64,000 nt of DNA from Chloroflexota bacterium (GCA_965221905.1 OZ244922.1:1568001-1632000); one strand, 5' to 3'; shown: positions 9,411-20,328, counted from the first letter of the stretch. Translations and numbers: made by a program. The notes: generated from the sequence alone by a model not told the origin.

Positions 9411-10661
9411 ATGAAGCGCAAGCACTTCCTTGCAGTCATACTATCGTTTTCGCTCGTGCTGACGGTTTGCACCGGCGTCTTTGCAGCAGGCTACACAGCG
9501 GGATCCAGAGGATCTCCAATCCAGCCTCTGGCGGAAGTCCTATCCAGTGTTTTTCCCGGGATAATTCCTGCTGCGCCGCCGATCGGCCATGAAGGCAAGT
9601 TGGACCTCTTCCTGCAGGTCTGGGAAATCGTCTCGCAAGAATTCTACCAGCAGCCGGTGGACCACGATGAAATGATTCGCGGCGCCATACACGGCATGCT
9701 GGATACCCTCGGCGATCCGCACACTATCCTCCTTGATCCCTCGATGAGCGAACGAGCGCGGGAAAATACCCGTCAAAAGTTTCAGGGCATCGGCGCGCGC
9801 ATCGAAGAACGGGATGGGCAGATATTCATAAATTCCGTATTCCCCGATTCCCCGGCGGAAGGTGGAGGCCTGCAATCAGGTGACATAATCATGGCGGTGG
9901 ACGGTATACCTCTTGAGGGTGACTCCGCTGATGAAACGGCGTCGCGCATACGAGGAACGGCTGGGACTGACGTGGTGCTTACGATTAAGCGGGGCGAGGA
10001 AGAACCATTTGATTTGACTTTGACCCGCGCTGAAGTGGACATTCCCTCGCTTTCGTCGCAAACGTTGGCTGGAAACGTGGGATACATCAAGCTGTGGAGC
10101 TTCGGCGCCCTTACTGCCGATGAGTTGCGTGCGGAGTTGGAGACATTAGTTGACGCGAAGAAGCCCGGGTTAATTTTGGACTTGCGCGACAACCCCGGCG
10201 GCTTGCTAAGAACTGCGATTCAGGTAACGGGCGAATTCTTGAATCCCGGTGCTGTGGTGCTCTATGAACAGCAGGCAACGCACCAGTTGCGTCCGTATCG
10301 CGTGCGCAGTATAGGAGTGGCACGTCAGATTCCCCTTGTTGTCTTGGTAAATGAGCGCAGCGCCAGTGCTTCGGAGATCGTTGCCGGTGCGCTGGCTCAC
10401 TATGACCGTGCCGTCATCATCGGCCAGCGCACGTACGGCAAGGGTACGGTCCAACTACCCCACGACCTTACCGACGGCTCTCAGCTTCGCGTTACTATTG
10501 CGCGCTGGCTTACGCCGGGCAAAGAGTCGATCTCAGATGTTGGGATATCCCCCGCCATAGAAATCGAAGCCGATGTGACGCTACATATTGAAGACGACGT
10601 GGCAGTGCAGCGTGCTCTTCAAGAGCTTACGAAGTTGGCTGCTTTACCCGACGTTGCCTGA
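9411..10661 (+). CDS. ctpA: S41 C-terminal processing peptidase with PDZ domain
   Basis: Signal peptide, GDPHT, FQGIGA PDZ, LILDLRDNPGG, SASASEI, GKGTVQ. Confidence 0.93.
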   Translation: MKRKHFLAVILSFSLVLTVCTGVFAAGYTAGSRGSPIQPLAEVLSSVFPGIIPAAPPIGHEGKLDLFLQVWEIVSQEFYQQPVDHDEMIRGAIHGMLDTLGDPHTILLDPSMSERARENTRQKFQGIGARIEERDGQIFINSVFPDSPAEGGGLQSGDIIMAVDGIPLEGDSADETASRIRGTAGTDVVLTIKRGEEEPFDLTLTRAEVDIPSLSSQTLAGNVGYIKLWSFGALTADELRAELETLVDAKKPGLILDLRDNPGGLLRTAIQVTGEFLNPGAVVLYEQQATHQLRPYRVRSIGVARQIPLVVLVNERSASASEIVAGALAHYDRAVIIGQRTYGKGTVQLPHDLTDGSQLRVTIARWLTPGKESISDVGISPAIEIEADVTLHIEDDVAVQRALQELTKLAALPDVA

Positions 10662-10664
10662 TGG

Positions 10665-11957
10665 ATGCCACGCATGAGTGAGCAAACTATGGTTAGGCAC
10701 ACGCTGCCAAACGGTCTGCGTGTGCTTATTTTGCCTATGCCGCATACTCGGGCTGTGACCGTGAGTGTCTTCTGTGGTGCCGGGTCCCGCTATGAACCGT
10801 ACGACCTTATGGGACTATCCCACTTTATGGAGCACATGCTCTTCAAAGGTACGGCGCAACGGCCGGATCCTCAGGAAATTGCGGAGGCTGTCGAACGAAC
10901 CGGGGGACTCCTCAACGCAAGCACCGGTCGGGAAGCGACGGTCTTGTGGGCCAAAGTGGCGTCGCAGCACCTCGCGATTGCCTTTGATATCCTCTCCGAC
11001 ATTATCCTCAATCCCGCTTTGCGTCCCGATGACGTAGAACGTGAACGGGGTGTGATACTCGAGGAATTAGAGCTCTATCAAGACACGCCTTCGGATTGGG
11101 TGCATGTGCTCATGTCTCGCTTGCTGTGGCCGGGCCATCCGTTGGGAGAAGACATTGGCGGACGCCCCGAAAGCATCATGCACATTACTCGTGATGATCT
11201 CTTAAAGCACGTGGAAGACTTCTACCGCGCCAACAATATGGTACTTGTGGTTGCAGGAGGCGTAAGTGCTGAAGTCGCCTTGGCGCATGCTGAGGAAGCG
11301 TTCGGCGGCCTACGTAAGGGTACCGGCCCTGCTTGGCTCCCGGCAGTCGCAACCCAGCCTGTCGATCGGGTAATTACGCAGCCTGATGAATACAATCAAG
11401 TGCAACTTTGCATCGGCGGCAAGGGCCTTTCCCATGCCGATCCCGATCGTCACGCTCTGGATCTACTCAATACTGCATTGGGTGACGGCATGAGTTCGCG
11501 TTTGGCGGTGGAAGTGCGCGAACGCCTTGGCTTGGTGTACGACATCTACTCCTATGCAGAGCAGTATTTCGACACCGGCGCATTCATCATTTCCGCCGGC
11601 GTGGACGACGCACACCTGGGAGGCGCCCTGGATGCCATTTGGGAGCAAGTAGACCGCCTACGACAAGAGAAGCTGCCGGCGGAGGAAATGGACAAGGTGC
11701 GCGAGTTCATGAAGGGCCGGCTGCTGCTGAGCATGGAAGATAGCTGGAACGTAGCAAGTTGGTACGGAAGCCAAGAAGTGCTGATGCACACCACGATAAC
11801 ATTGGACGAAATGCTCGCTACAATCGATGCCATTTCCGCCGACGACATTCTGCGCGTGGCGCAACGGGTCTTCACTCCGGGCTGGGCGCACGTGGCGCTG
11901 GTAGGGCCGGGACTCGATCGCGCGGCGATGGAAGACCTCGTGAGCATGTGGAATTAG
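10665..11957 (+). CDS. M16 (pitrilysin) family zinc peptidase
   Basis: TLPNGLRV, GSRYE, HFMEHMLFKGT (HxxEH), MSSRL..EVRERLGLVY. Confidence 0.95.
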   Translation: MPRMSEQTMVRHTLPNGLRVLILPMPHTRAVTVSVFCGAGSRYEPYDLMGLSHFMEHMLFKGTAQRPDPQEIAEAVERTGGLLNASTGREATVLWAKVASQHLAIAFDILSDIILNPALRPDDVERERGVILEELELYQDTPSDWVHVLMSRLLWPGHPLGEDIGGRPESIMHITRDDLLKHVEDFYRANNMVLVVAGGVSAEVALAHAEEAFGGLRKGTGPAWLPAVATQPVDRVITQPDEYNQVQLCIGGKGLSHADPDRHALDLLNTALGDGMSSRLAVEVRERLGLVYDIYSYAEQYFDTGAFIISAGVDDAHLGGALDAIWEQVDRLRQEKLPAEEMDKVREFMKGRLLLSMEDSWNVASWYGSQEVLMHTTITLDEMLATIDAISADDILRVAQRVFTPGWAHVALVGPGLDRAAMEDLVSMWN

Positions 11958-12196
11958 ACCGTACTTGACAGCGGTCTGAGACATTGTCCGCCGCGCGTTG
12001 GAAGACAGTTATGGTTTGGCATGGCACATCTCTCGCAGTCGGAAGGGTTCATGCCAGGGCGGCGGCGGTGCGCTGGGAGCTTTGCAAATGAGAATTCCGA
12101 TGGAAGGGCCTGAGCGCGTACGTCGGTACGCGCGATGCAATTGACTAAGCAGCAACGCGAGACGTTCGAACCACATAATTCGGACCAAAGGGGATC

Positions 12197-13435
12197 ATGA
12201 AGCTAAGAGATTTCCTGCAATGGGGTGAGCAAGCGCTTGCGCTGCGGCACAATGAGCTTGCAGAGGAAATTGCCCGATACTTGCTTAGGCAGTCTCCGAG
12301 TAATCTGTCGGCTCGCGCCCTGCTGGGTAATGTCTACCTCAAGTCCGCCCGGCTCAAAGACGCCGAAGACCATCTCTTGCAGGCGCTTGACATGGACCCG
12401 GAAGATGTGGCCACACTCACAAGCTATGCTGAGGTCTTGGAAGCCCTTATACGAGATGAGGAACGACTGGTCGTGCTCCGGCGGGCGTTCGAGTGTGATC
12501 CCACCCGCACGGAGGTGAAGCAGCGTTTGCTGGCGTTAGAAGGTGGTTTGCAGAGCGAGACCAGCGGCAATGGGTTCTTGACGCGGGTCGGTCTCGCGCG
12601 CATTCATCTGCGTAGCGGGTTGCTGGAGCATGCGATTTCTGAGTTTCGTTATTTGCTAGAAGATACGCATATACACTGGAGCGGCCAAGTGGCGCTCATG
12701 GAGGCGTATTGGCTCAACGGGGATAGGCAGGCAACGAGTAGACTCGCCGATGAGATCGTACGCGAGCACCCGAATTGCTTGAAGGCGATCTTGCTGTCAG
12801 CCGACGTGCGAGCGCACATGGGTCTTATCGACCAAGCGCGGCAACTCTTGGAGCGCGCGCGCCAGATAGACCCGGACTTTGCTCTTGCACGTGCGCTCTA
12901 CCCTGCCAACGGCCCGTCCCGCTTGCCCTTGCCGAGTGACGACGCAGAGATAGATGTTCCGGTAGACTTCCTGCAGCGGATCGAATCTACTTTGACCACA
13001 GACAGCGAGACGGAAGAGCCCGATGCACGGACCCGCGCGGCTGCCCGCCTCAGTGCGCGCGCCGCTGCAGGCAGCCGAGTAGGTCAACAACGCATCCTCG
13101 TCACTCCCTCCCTGGGATCCGAGCCGGAGGCGGCTGATACGGCAGCCATGGATAATCGGTTCGCGGCTGAATCAGAGCCCGATGGCGGCAAGGATGAGGG
13201 GAAAACCGAGACGTGGGACGCACTGCTGCTCAAGCTGGAGCGGGAAGGCGGCCAACTGGATGTGGCCGCGTTGGATGCAATCGCCCAGCAAGTCGAGGCC
13301 ATCGCGGCGGCGGCACCCAATAAACTGCAAGCATGGCAGCAACTTGGCGACGTATATCAGCGGATCGAACAGACAGACCGCGCCATGCGCGCCTACATGC
13401 ACGCCCTGGACAGTAGCTCTGCACAGCAACGGTAG
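12197..13435 (+). CDS. Tetratricopeptide repeat protein
   Basis: N-terminal TPR helices (LLGNVYL, ALDMDPED), acidic linker, C-terminal TPR (WQQLGDVY..A..AY..AL). Confidence 0.8.
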   Translation: MKLRDFLQWGEQALALRHNELAEEIARYLLRQSPSNLSARALLGNVYLKSARLKDAEDHLLQALDMDPEDVATLTSYAEVLEALIRDEERLVVLRRAFECDPTRTEVKQRLLALEGGLQSETSGNGFLTRVGLARIHLRSGLLEHAISEFRYLLEDTHIHWSGQVALMEAYWLNGDRQATSRLADEIVREHPNCLKAILLSADVRAHMGLIDQARQLLERARQIDPDFALARALYPANGPSRLPLPSDDAEIDVPVDFLQRIESTLTTDSETEEPDARTRAAARLSARAAAGSRVGQQRILVTPSLGSEPEAADTAAMDNRFAAESEPDGGKDEGKTETWDALLLKLEREGGQLDVAALDAIAQQVEAIAAAAPNKLQAWQQLGDVYQRIEQTDRAMRAYMHALDSSSAQQR

Positions 13436-13619
13436 CGCGGCCGCTTTGGTGACCACAACGTTAGCACCGGTTACTTGCTGCGAGTGAGCGTATCGCGTCT
13501 GACTTGCGGTGTTGGTTAGCGAAAGACTTTTACGCCAGGTTCGTGCTGGGGGTTGGCAGTCGGCTGGATTGACTGCTTCACGCAACGGTGGCATACGGTG
13601 GTATTAGGAAGGAGAACGC

Positions 13620-15293
13620 ATGAAAAAAATCCTACTAATCTTGGGGGCGATCATTTTGGCTCTTAGCGGCGCGCTTCTCATAGGCGCCTTGTTATTCATC
13701 GTTTTCGCCGGTGTTTCCCAAGACGCAGTTATGTCGGAATCCCGCTCAGCACTCACTCAAGATTCGAGGGCTCCGGCAGACGTTGCTGTCTTGGAACGGG
13801 AGGAATCGGCTCCGCAGTCGGAGCCTGCGGCGAAAGTGGCTGGCGGATCACAGAAGGTGGCGTTGGCTGCCCCGGTCCCGAACGTGAGCTTCGCTGACGA
13901 CGCTAAAGTCATCCGCAACGGCGTTCTCACACTCGTCGTGGAAAGTCCTACGACCGCAGTGGCTGGGGTGGAACAGATCATTGCCGGCATTCCCGGAGCA
14001 TTCGTCGCCACGGCTGACGTGCGGCAGGCCGGTGATCTGCAGCCGACCTCGCTTACATTGCGGGTGCCTGCAGCCGCATTCGACCGTGCAATGTCGGCAT
14101 TGCGCGCGCTAGCGGAGGAGGTGCTGGCGGAGCAGGTCACCGCCCGCGACGTAACTGAGGAGTATACCGATCTCGACGCGAGACTCCGCAATCTTCAAGC
14201 CGCTGAAACGCAGCTACTCGCGCTGGTGGAGCAGGCCAATACGGTAGACGACCTGCTGAAAGTAGAGAAACGTCTGTCGGAAGTGCGGGGAGAGATCGAA
14301 CAGCTCCAGGGACGGTTCAACGTCCTGGAAAATAGGATTGCCCTTGCGACAATACGAGTGCTGTTGCATGCACCGCCGGACCTTTCTGTGGTGCTCGCGG
14401 CAGAGAGTCTGCCCACTGCCCACGCCGTAACCTCATTCGCTCTGACCTATCGCAATGACGGCAGCGTGACGGCGCGTGACGGGATGCTGGTGCTTCGCGT
14501 TCCTGAGTTTCTCAGTATGCTCGATATTAGTCAGGGGGGCGTATACGAACCGCTTGCTCGCCAGATACGCTGGAATCTCTCAGATATTCCGGCCGGGTCG
14601 GTGAACACGGTCTACGCCCAACTGCGCGTGGAGTCTTCGGAAAACGATATTTTCCTGTATGCTGACATCCATTCGGCAAGCTCCGACGCAGATAGCGCAG
14701 ACAACGCTACCAGCCTGACGCTGACTTTCGCGCCGGATCTCACGCTGCAGGTCGACGGCCCGGCATCGGTCGCACAAGGGAGCAGTTTTCCCATTTGGAT
14801 GTTCTTTGCGAACACGGGCACGGCTGATGCCACCGACGTCACTATACGGACAACGCTCCCACCGGGTTTGACCTTCGTTCGCGCAAATTCCGGGGGCAGT
14901 TATGACAGCGAGACAAGCACTGTGGTGTGGAAGCTCGGTCTGCTGCAAGCAGGCGCGGGCAATGAAGTGCTCATGCACGTGCGGGTAGACGTGGCGGAGG
15001 GTCGCCTGCAAATCCCCGTTTCCATTGCCGCTGAACAGGATGATGCCGTTGCATTCAATAACCGGACCGAGATGTTTCTTACAGCTTTGAGTGAGGATGT
15101 ATCCACGCGTTCGGTCTGGCAGCCCGGACAGACAATCGAGACGAGCATCGCCGCACTCATAGTGGTGGCGCAGCGCGCTGTGGATGTGCTGATCTGGCTC
15201 ATTATCTTTGGGGTCCCATTGGCAATCGTCGGTGCGCTTGCGCTAGCCGCCAGGGCAGGCATTCGCCGCCTGCGGCGGCCAAAAGACGCCTAG
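13620..15293 (+). CDS. DUF4349-family membrane protein with inserted DUF11-like Ig domains
   Basis: LTLRVPA..FD, DVTEEYTDLDARL, VRGEIEQLQGR (DUF4349); two N.G...A......P..L...GG.Y.....W.L..L.AG repeats; C-terminal TM. Confidence 0.8.
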   Translation: MKKILLILGAIILALSGALLIGALLFIVFAGVSQDAVMSESRSALTQDSRAPADVAVLEREESAPQSEPAAKVAGGSQKVALAAPVPNVSFADDAKVIRNGVLTLVVESPTTAVAGVEQIIAGIPGAFVATADVRQAGDLQPTSLTLRVPAAAFDRAMSALRALAEEVLAEQVTARDVTEEYTDLDARLRNLQAAETQLLALVEQANTVDDLLKVEKRLSEVRGEIEQLQGRFNVLENRIALATIRVLLHAPPDLSVVLAAESLPTAHAVTSFALTYRNDGSVTARDGMLVLRVPEFLSMLDISQGGVYEPLARQIRWNLSDIPAGSVNTVYAQLRVESSENDIFLYADIHSASSDADSADNATSLTLTFAPDLTLQVDGPASVAQGSSFPIWMFFANTGTADATDVTIRTTLPPGLTFVRANSGGSYDSETSTVVWKLGLLQAGAGNEVLMHVRVDVAEGRLQIPVSIAAEQDDAVAFNNRTEMFLTALSEDVSTRSVWQPGQTIETSIAALIVVAQRAVDVLIWLIIFGVPLAIVGALALAARAGIRRLRRPKDA

Positions 15294-15582
15294 GATCGTG
15301 CTGTTGGGATGCGACAAGAGTGCAAGCCATTCGCAGAGTGTAGTGCGGCATGTTACTTTGCACAGAGCGACCCGGCCGTGAACCACAATGCATGGATAAA
15401 CCTCGGTCTACACATTCAAGAAACCGCAATGTACGCCGGTGTTTCGTACTATGCTCTGCCGGTCCTAATCTGAATTCGGAGCGGCGAAAATTGGGGCTAG
15501 GATGCAATTTGAGAACCTGGCAGTGCGCCGTTAGAGGATCGCATTGTTTCGGATCCAATCTGATTAAAGTGCATCTCAATAG

Positions 15583-17223
15583 ATGAACGCGTCTGCCTCC
15601 ACCGACGTGATTCTGGCGCGTGCCGCGGTCGTGTTGCTGCTCGGCAACGTGATCAGCCGAATCCTAGGGCTGGTTCGCGAGCAAACCATTGCCTATCTCT
15701 TCGGCGTGAGCGGCACGGCCTCTTCTTTTGTAGCTGCGTCCCAAGTGCCGACAATGGTCTTCGACCTCTTGCTCGGCGGCGCAGTGACGGCCGCGTTGGT
15801 ACCCGTTTTTGCTGACTACGCGCGGAACAACCGCGAATTCTCGGCGCTATTCGGCGCTATGCTCGCGCTGGCGGCCGTAGTTCTCGGCGGCATGGTGTTA
15901 GTGCTTAGTGTCTTTGCCGAACCACTCGTCCGTGTGCTCGTGCCGGGTTTTGCTTCGAATATTGCCCAGCAATGCATCATTGCTTCGGAGACTGTTCTTG
16001 CAACGGGGTCCTCCAGTGGCGCATCAAGTGAGTTGCTCACGCAGACGGTTCGCCTAACCCGAATTGCCCTGCCCGCTGCTGCGTTTCTCGGCCTGTCCGG
16101 TGTGGTTAATGCGGCGCTGTACGCCGGCCACAGGCCCCACTATCCGGCCTTTTGCGCAGCCGTCTATAACCTGAGCATTATTGTCACGGCATTGCTTTTC
16201 GTCGGTCGCTTTGGCATCGCCAGCCTTGCTGTGGGTGTGCTTGTAGGCTCGGTGGGTCAACTCGTCTTCCAAGCCCCCGGTCTCTGGCGCATGGGGCTGC
16301 GGCCGCGCTTGGCGCTGACACACCCCGGTGTACCGCGAATCCTACGCCTCTACGCGCCAGTCTTCGTAGGGCTCATCATTACGCAGCTTGCAATTGTGCT
16401 GGACCGCAACCTCGCGTCGTGCACCGGCCAAGACAGCATCGCAGCCATGAACTACGCGACGCGCTTAGTTCAACTTCCTCTCGGCCTCGTCGGCTCCGCG
16501 ATTGCCCTCGCCGTGCTCCCACTGCTGGCGAGGGAGGGTCAAAACCTTGATACCGCGAACTTTCGACGCATTCTCAATCAGGGGATGCGGCTCATTCTGC
16601 TGCTGATGTTGCCGATTTTCGCGCTGATGCTGATCTGGCACCAGCCGATCGTCGAGCTGGTCTATCAACGGGGCGCGTTTGATGCTGAAGATGCTAACGC
16701 CACCCGTCTGGCCCTGCTGCTCTATAGCTTGCAACTGCCGCTCACAGGCTTGGATCAGCTCTTTATCTTCGCTTACTATGCGCGCAAGAATACGCGCACC
16801 CCTGTGCTGGTCGGCATCCTTGGCATTGGTTTCTACTTGGCGGTTGCATTGCCGTTGCTCAAGCCGTGGGGCATGCCGGGACTTGTGCTAGCTAATACCG
16901 TGCAGAATTCCGGCCACGCGCTCGTCATGCTTTGGTTGCTCAGTCGTCTCTTAGGCGGCATGGGTGGTGACGGCTTTGGCGCCTTCTTTGCTAAGATTGG
17001 CGCCAGCACCTTTCTCATAGCGCTCGCCGCAGGCGGGATGCTCTACGTGCAGCGCGTGCTTACCGCTGGAGGTGGCACGGTGGGATTGCTGGCGATGATT
17101 TTGGGTGGAGGAGGGCTGCTGCTTTTTGTCTATCTGGGAATTCTGCGCCTGTTCAAGCTGCCCGAACTCGCAATGCTCGCCAGGATGATACCCGCTCCGC
17201 TCCGTACGGCGTTGCAGCGTTAG
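15583..17223 (+). CDS. murJ: Lipid II flippase MurJ
   Basis: SRILGLVRE..IA..FG, GGAVTAALVPV, YATRLVQLPLG, YQRGAF, YYARKNTRTP. Confidence 0.93.
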   Translation: MNASASTDVILARAAVVLLLGNVISRILGLVREQTIAYLFGVSGTASSFVAASQVPTMVFDLLLGGAVTAALVPVFADYARNNREFSALFGAMLALAAVVLGGMVLVLSVFAEPLVRVLVPGFASNIAQQCIIASETVLATGSSSGASSELLTQTVRLTRIALPAAAFLGLSGVVNAALYAGHRPHYPAFCAAVYNLSIIVTALLFVGRFGIASLAVGVLVGSVGQLVFQAPGLWRMGLRPRLALTHPGVPRILRLYAPVFVGLIITQLAIVLDRNLASCTGQDSIAAMNYATRLVQLPLGLVGSAIALAVLPLLAREGQNLDTANFRRILNQGMRLILLLMLPIFALMLIWHQPIVELVYQRGAFDAEDANATRLALLLYSLQLPLTGLDQLFIFAYYARKNTRTPVLVGILGIGFYLAVALPLLKPWGMPGLVLANTVQNSGHALVMLWLLSRLLGGMGGDGFGAFFAKIGASTFLIALAAGGMLYVQRVLTAGGGTVGLLAMILGGGGLLLFVYLGILRLFKLPELAMLARMIPAPLRTALQR

Positions 17224-17481
17224 TGGGAGGCATGCCAAACCTAGTACAGTACATTCATTGTGATGCCGAATAGAGGTCTTTGTGGGTCGTCCGGTCAATG
17301 TGAATGTGCGGCCCTTTCTGAAGAGAATATCTAGGGCCGCGTGGCGGGTAAGTATGGCATGATAGGGATTGGCCCAACCTTCTTGCACATTTGGCTAATT
17401 CACCAGACGTCTTCGGCAGACTTCACGTCCGTTGGGGCAGCGGGGAGACCTTCCCCATTCTTAGAGGATTGAGGAATCGCG

Positions 17482-20328
17482 GTGCAGAAAATGGATCCCG
17501 AACCAAGGCAGACCGGTCTGCGGCGGGTACCTATCGAGCAACTCCGTGAGGACGTGCACTTTCTCGGCAGAGTGCTCGGTCGGGTGCTGCGTGAGCAACA
17601 TGGTCAGTCGTTCTTGGACCTGGTCGAGGACATTCGTCTGCGCGCCATTTGGCAACGGACGACGACAGCTACGGTTTCCCTGCAACCACTTGCGGACTCC
17701 GTGGACGGACTGAACCACGATGAAATGTTCGCGGTGTCCCGGGCGTTTTCGCTATACTTCTATCTCATCAATGCGGCTGAAGAGCAGCACCGTCTGCGTC
17801 GTATGCGGGAGAGCGAACGCAAGAACTATCCTCAGCCGCGGCATGAATCAATCGCCGCTGCCGCTGCACACCTCAAGAGCGAGGGTGTCACACCGGAAGA
17901 ACTGGCGCCGATTTTGGCGCTCCTCTCCATCCGACCGGTCTTCACGCGCCATCCGACGGAAGTGCGGCGACGCTCGCTGCTTGTCTTTCTTGAAATGCTG
18001 CGCGCTTGTCTGGCCGAACGCGAGGGCAAGCGCCAGGATCTTTCGATTGAACAGCGTACCAGCGAGAAGATTCATGAAATCGTCACGATACTGGCGCAGA
18101 CCGATATCACGCCCTGGGAGCGGCCGACCGTTCTGGGTGAGGTCGATGACGGGCTTTACTACTTCGATCACGTCCTACTGGATGTGATTCCCTCTCTTTA
18201 TCATGAGTTAGAAGACGCATTGCAGGAGTACGCCGAAGACTACGCGTTCACGCTGCCCCGATTCCTGACTTTCGGCTCCTGGATGGGCGGCGACCGGGAC
18301 GGCAACCCGTTTGTGACGCCGGACGTAACTGAAGAGACCCTGCGCATGCATCGGTCGCTGATTCTCGATCGCTATGCGCGTGACCTTGACGAGCTATGGC
18401 GCATGCTAAGCCTCTCAGTTCACTTTGCATCGGTTTCCCAAGAGCTATTGGACTCGATTGCGCGGGATCGCGCTTCGCTGCCCGGAGCGGGAGTTGGCGC
18501 CAGTACAGGCATAACTGAGCCATACCGGACGAAAATAGTAATGATGCAGAAGCGCTTGGCACGTACCAGAAGGCGCTATGCCGGCGGTGGCGCCGCGGCT
18601 TCAGGGGCGTACCACGATCCCAACGCGCTGCTCGACGACCTCTTACTCATCCAGAGTAGTTTGATCCAGAACGGCGGCGCGCGGATCGGGCGCCGCCTCC
18701 TACGCGACGTGATCCGGCGGGTGCAGGTCTTTGGCTTTCACTTGGTGGATCTGGACGTGCGCGAGCATAGCGCAGTTCATGAGGCCACGCTGGATGAATA
18801 CCTTGCCGCGGCCGGCGTCACGGCGCGTTACAGCGATCTCGATGAAGCGGGTAAGGCTGCGCTGCTCACTCGATTGCTTGCCGATCCTAAGACCATTGGA
18901 TTCCAAGAACTCACCGTTGCTCCCACTGCCCGCCAGGCGTTTCAGACGTTTACGAGCATTGCCCGCATGCAGGTGGAGGTAGGGGTGGCAGCCTGCAATA
19001 CCTACATCATCAGTTTCACCGAGACCGCTAGCGACGTGCTCGAGGTAGCATTGTTGGCGAAGGAAGCGGGGCTATGGCAGGTGGACGCCGCCGGCAGAGT
19101 AAGCGAGAGTCGCCTCAAGATTGTGCCGTTGCTGGAGGCAATTGCCGATTTGCGCGGCAGTCACGACCTCATTCACGCGCTGCTTTCAATCCCGGTTTTT
19201 CGCTCTCACATTGCGTGCTGGGATGACTGCTTCGAAGTCATGTTGGGGTACTCGGACAGTAACAAAGACGGTGGATTTCTTACGGCTACCTGGGAACTCT
19301 ACTGCGCGCAAAGGCAGGTTGTTGCCGCGTGCCGATCCTACCACGTGATTGTCCAGCTTTTTCACGGTCGCGGCGGCGCGCTTGGCAGGGGAGGCGGGCC
19401 AACGAACCGCGCGATCATGGCGCAGCCGGCCGATTCACTGGCTGGCGGGATGAAGCTGACAGAGCAAGGGGAGGTCATCTTCTCCCGCTATGGTCGACGC
19501 GCCGTCGCCCACCGCAATCTCGAGCAGGTAATTCATGCCATGCTCTTGGCGCGGCTTAGCCCGAGCGTGTTGGAGTCCCGTGCCTCCCTCGAACCGGACT
19601 GGGAGAGCGCTATGGCGACCCTATCGCAGACGGCGTTTCACGCCTACAGGTCGTTGATCTACGAAACACCCGAACTGCGCCCGTACTACCAGCAAGCAAC
19701 GCCCATCGAGCACATCAGCCGAATGAATGTAGGGTCGCGGCCGGCGTCACGGAAGGGGGGCGACCGGGTGGAGGACCTGCGGGCGATACCGTGGGTATTT
19801 GCTTGGACTCAGAGCAGGCATAACTTGCCCGGTTGGTATGGCGTTGGTAGCGCCCTGCAAGAGTTTATTGCCGCCAGTGAGAGCAATCTTGAGCGCTTGC
19901 GGACAATGTACAAGCACTGGGTATTCTTTCGCTCGCTTATCGATAATGCCCAGTTGAGCATTGGCACCGCCGACATGTCGGTTGCGCGCCTCTACGCCGG
20001 ATTGGTTGTCGATGAGGCGGTGCGCGACAAAGTCTATTCCGCTATTGCTGAGGAATTTCAACGTACACGGGAAGCCCTTTTGCAGATTGCGGTTCAGGAG
20101 CAACTCTTGGACTCATCGCCAGTCCTCCAACGCTCGATTCTGCTGCGAAATCCCTACGTCGATCCGCTGCATTGCCTGCAGGTACGCATGATGGAGGAGT
20201 GGCGTACGAAATTTGCCGCGGAGGCAGAAACGCCTCTCGATGAACTCTCGGCGGAGGCGCGCCGCTTGTTGGAAGGTGTCTTCCAAACGATCAATGGCAT
20301 CGCGGCCGGGGTGCAATCGACTGGATAG
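17482..20328 (+). CDS. ppc: Phosphoenolpyruvate carboxylase
   Basis: HPTE, SWMGGDRDGNP, MLGYSDSNKDGG, FHGRGG..GRGG, TEQGE, LRAIPW, LRNPY. Confidence 0.97.
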   Translation: MQKMDPEPRQTGLRRVPIEQLREDVHFLGRVLGRVLREQHGQSFLDLVEDIRLRAIWQRTTTATVSLQPLADSVDGLNHDEMFAVSRAFSLYFYLINAAEEQHRLRRMRESERKNYPQPRHESIAAAAAHLKSEGVTPEELAPILALLSIRPVFTRHPTEVRRRSLLVFLEMLRACLAEREGKRQDLSIEQRTSEKIHEIVTILAQTDITPWERPTVLGEVDDGLYYFDHVLLDVIPSLYHELEDALQEYAEDYAFTLPRFLTFGSWMGGDRDGNPFVTPDVTEETLRMHRSLILDRYARDLDELWRMLSLSVHFASVSQELLDSIARDRASLPGAGVGASTGITEPYRTKIVMMQKRLARTRRRYAGGGAAASGAYHDPNALLDDLLLIQSSLIQNGGARIGRRLLRDVIRRVQVFGFHLVDLDVREHSAVHEATLDEYLAAAGVTARYSDLDEAGKAALLTRLLADPKTIGFQELTVAPTARQAFQTFTSIARMQVEVGVAACNTYIISFTETASDVLEVALLAKEAGLWQVDAAGRVSESRLKIVPLLEAIADLRGSHDLIHALLSIPVFRSHIACWDDCFEVMLGYSDSNKDGGFLTATWELYCAQRQVVAACRSYHVIVQLFHGRGGALGRGGGPTNRAIMAQPADSLAGGMKLTEQGEVIFSRYGRRAVAHRNLEQVIHAMLLARLSPSVLESRASLEPDWESAMATLSQTAFHAYRSLIYETPELRPYYQQATPIEHISRMNVGSRPASRKGGDRVEDLRAIPWVFAWTQSRHNLPGWYGVGSALQEFIAASESNLERLRTMYKHWVFFRSLIDNAQLSIGTADMSVARLYAGLVVDEAVRDKVYSAIAEEFQRTREALLQIAVQEQLLDSSPVLQRSILLRNPYVDPLHCLQVRMMEEWRTKFAAEAETPLDELSAEARRLLEGVFQTINGIAAGVQSTG

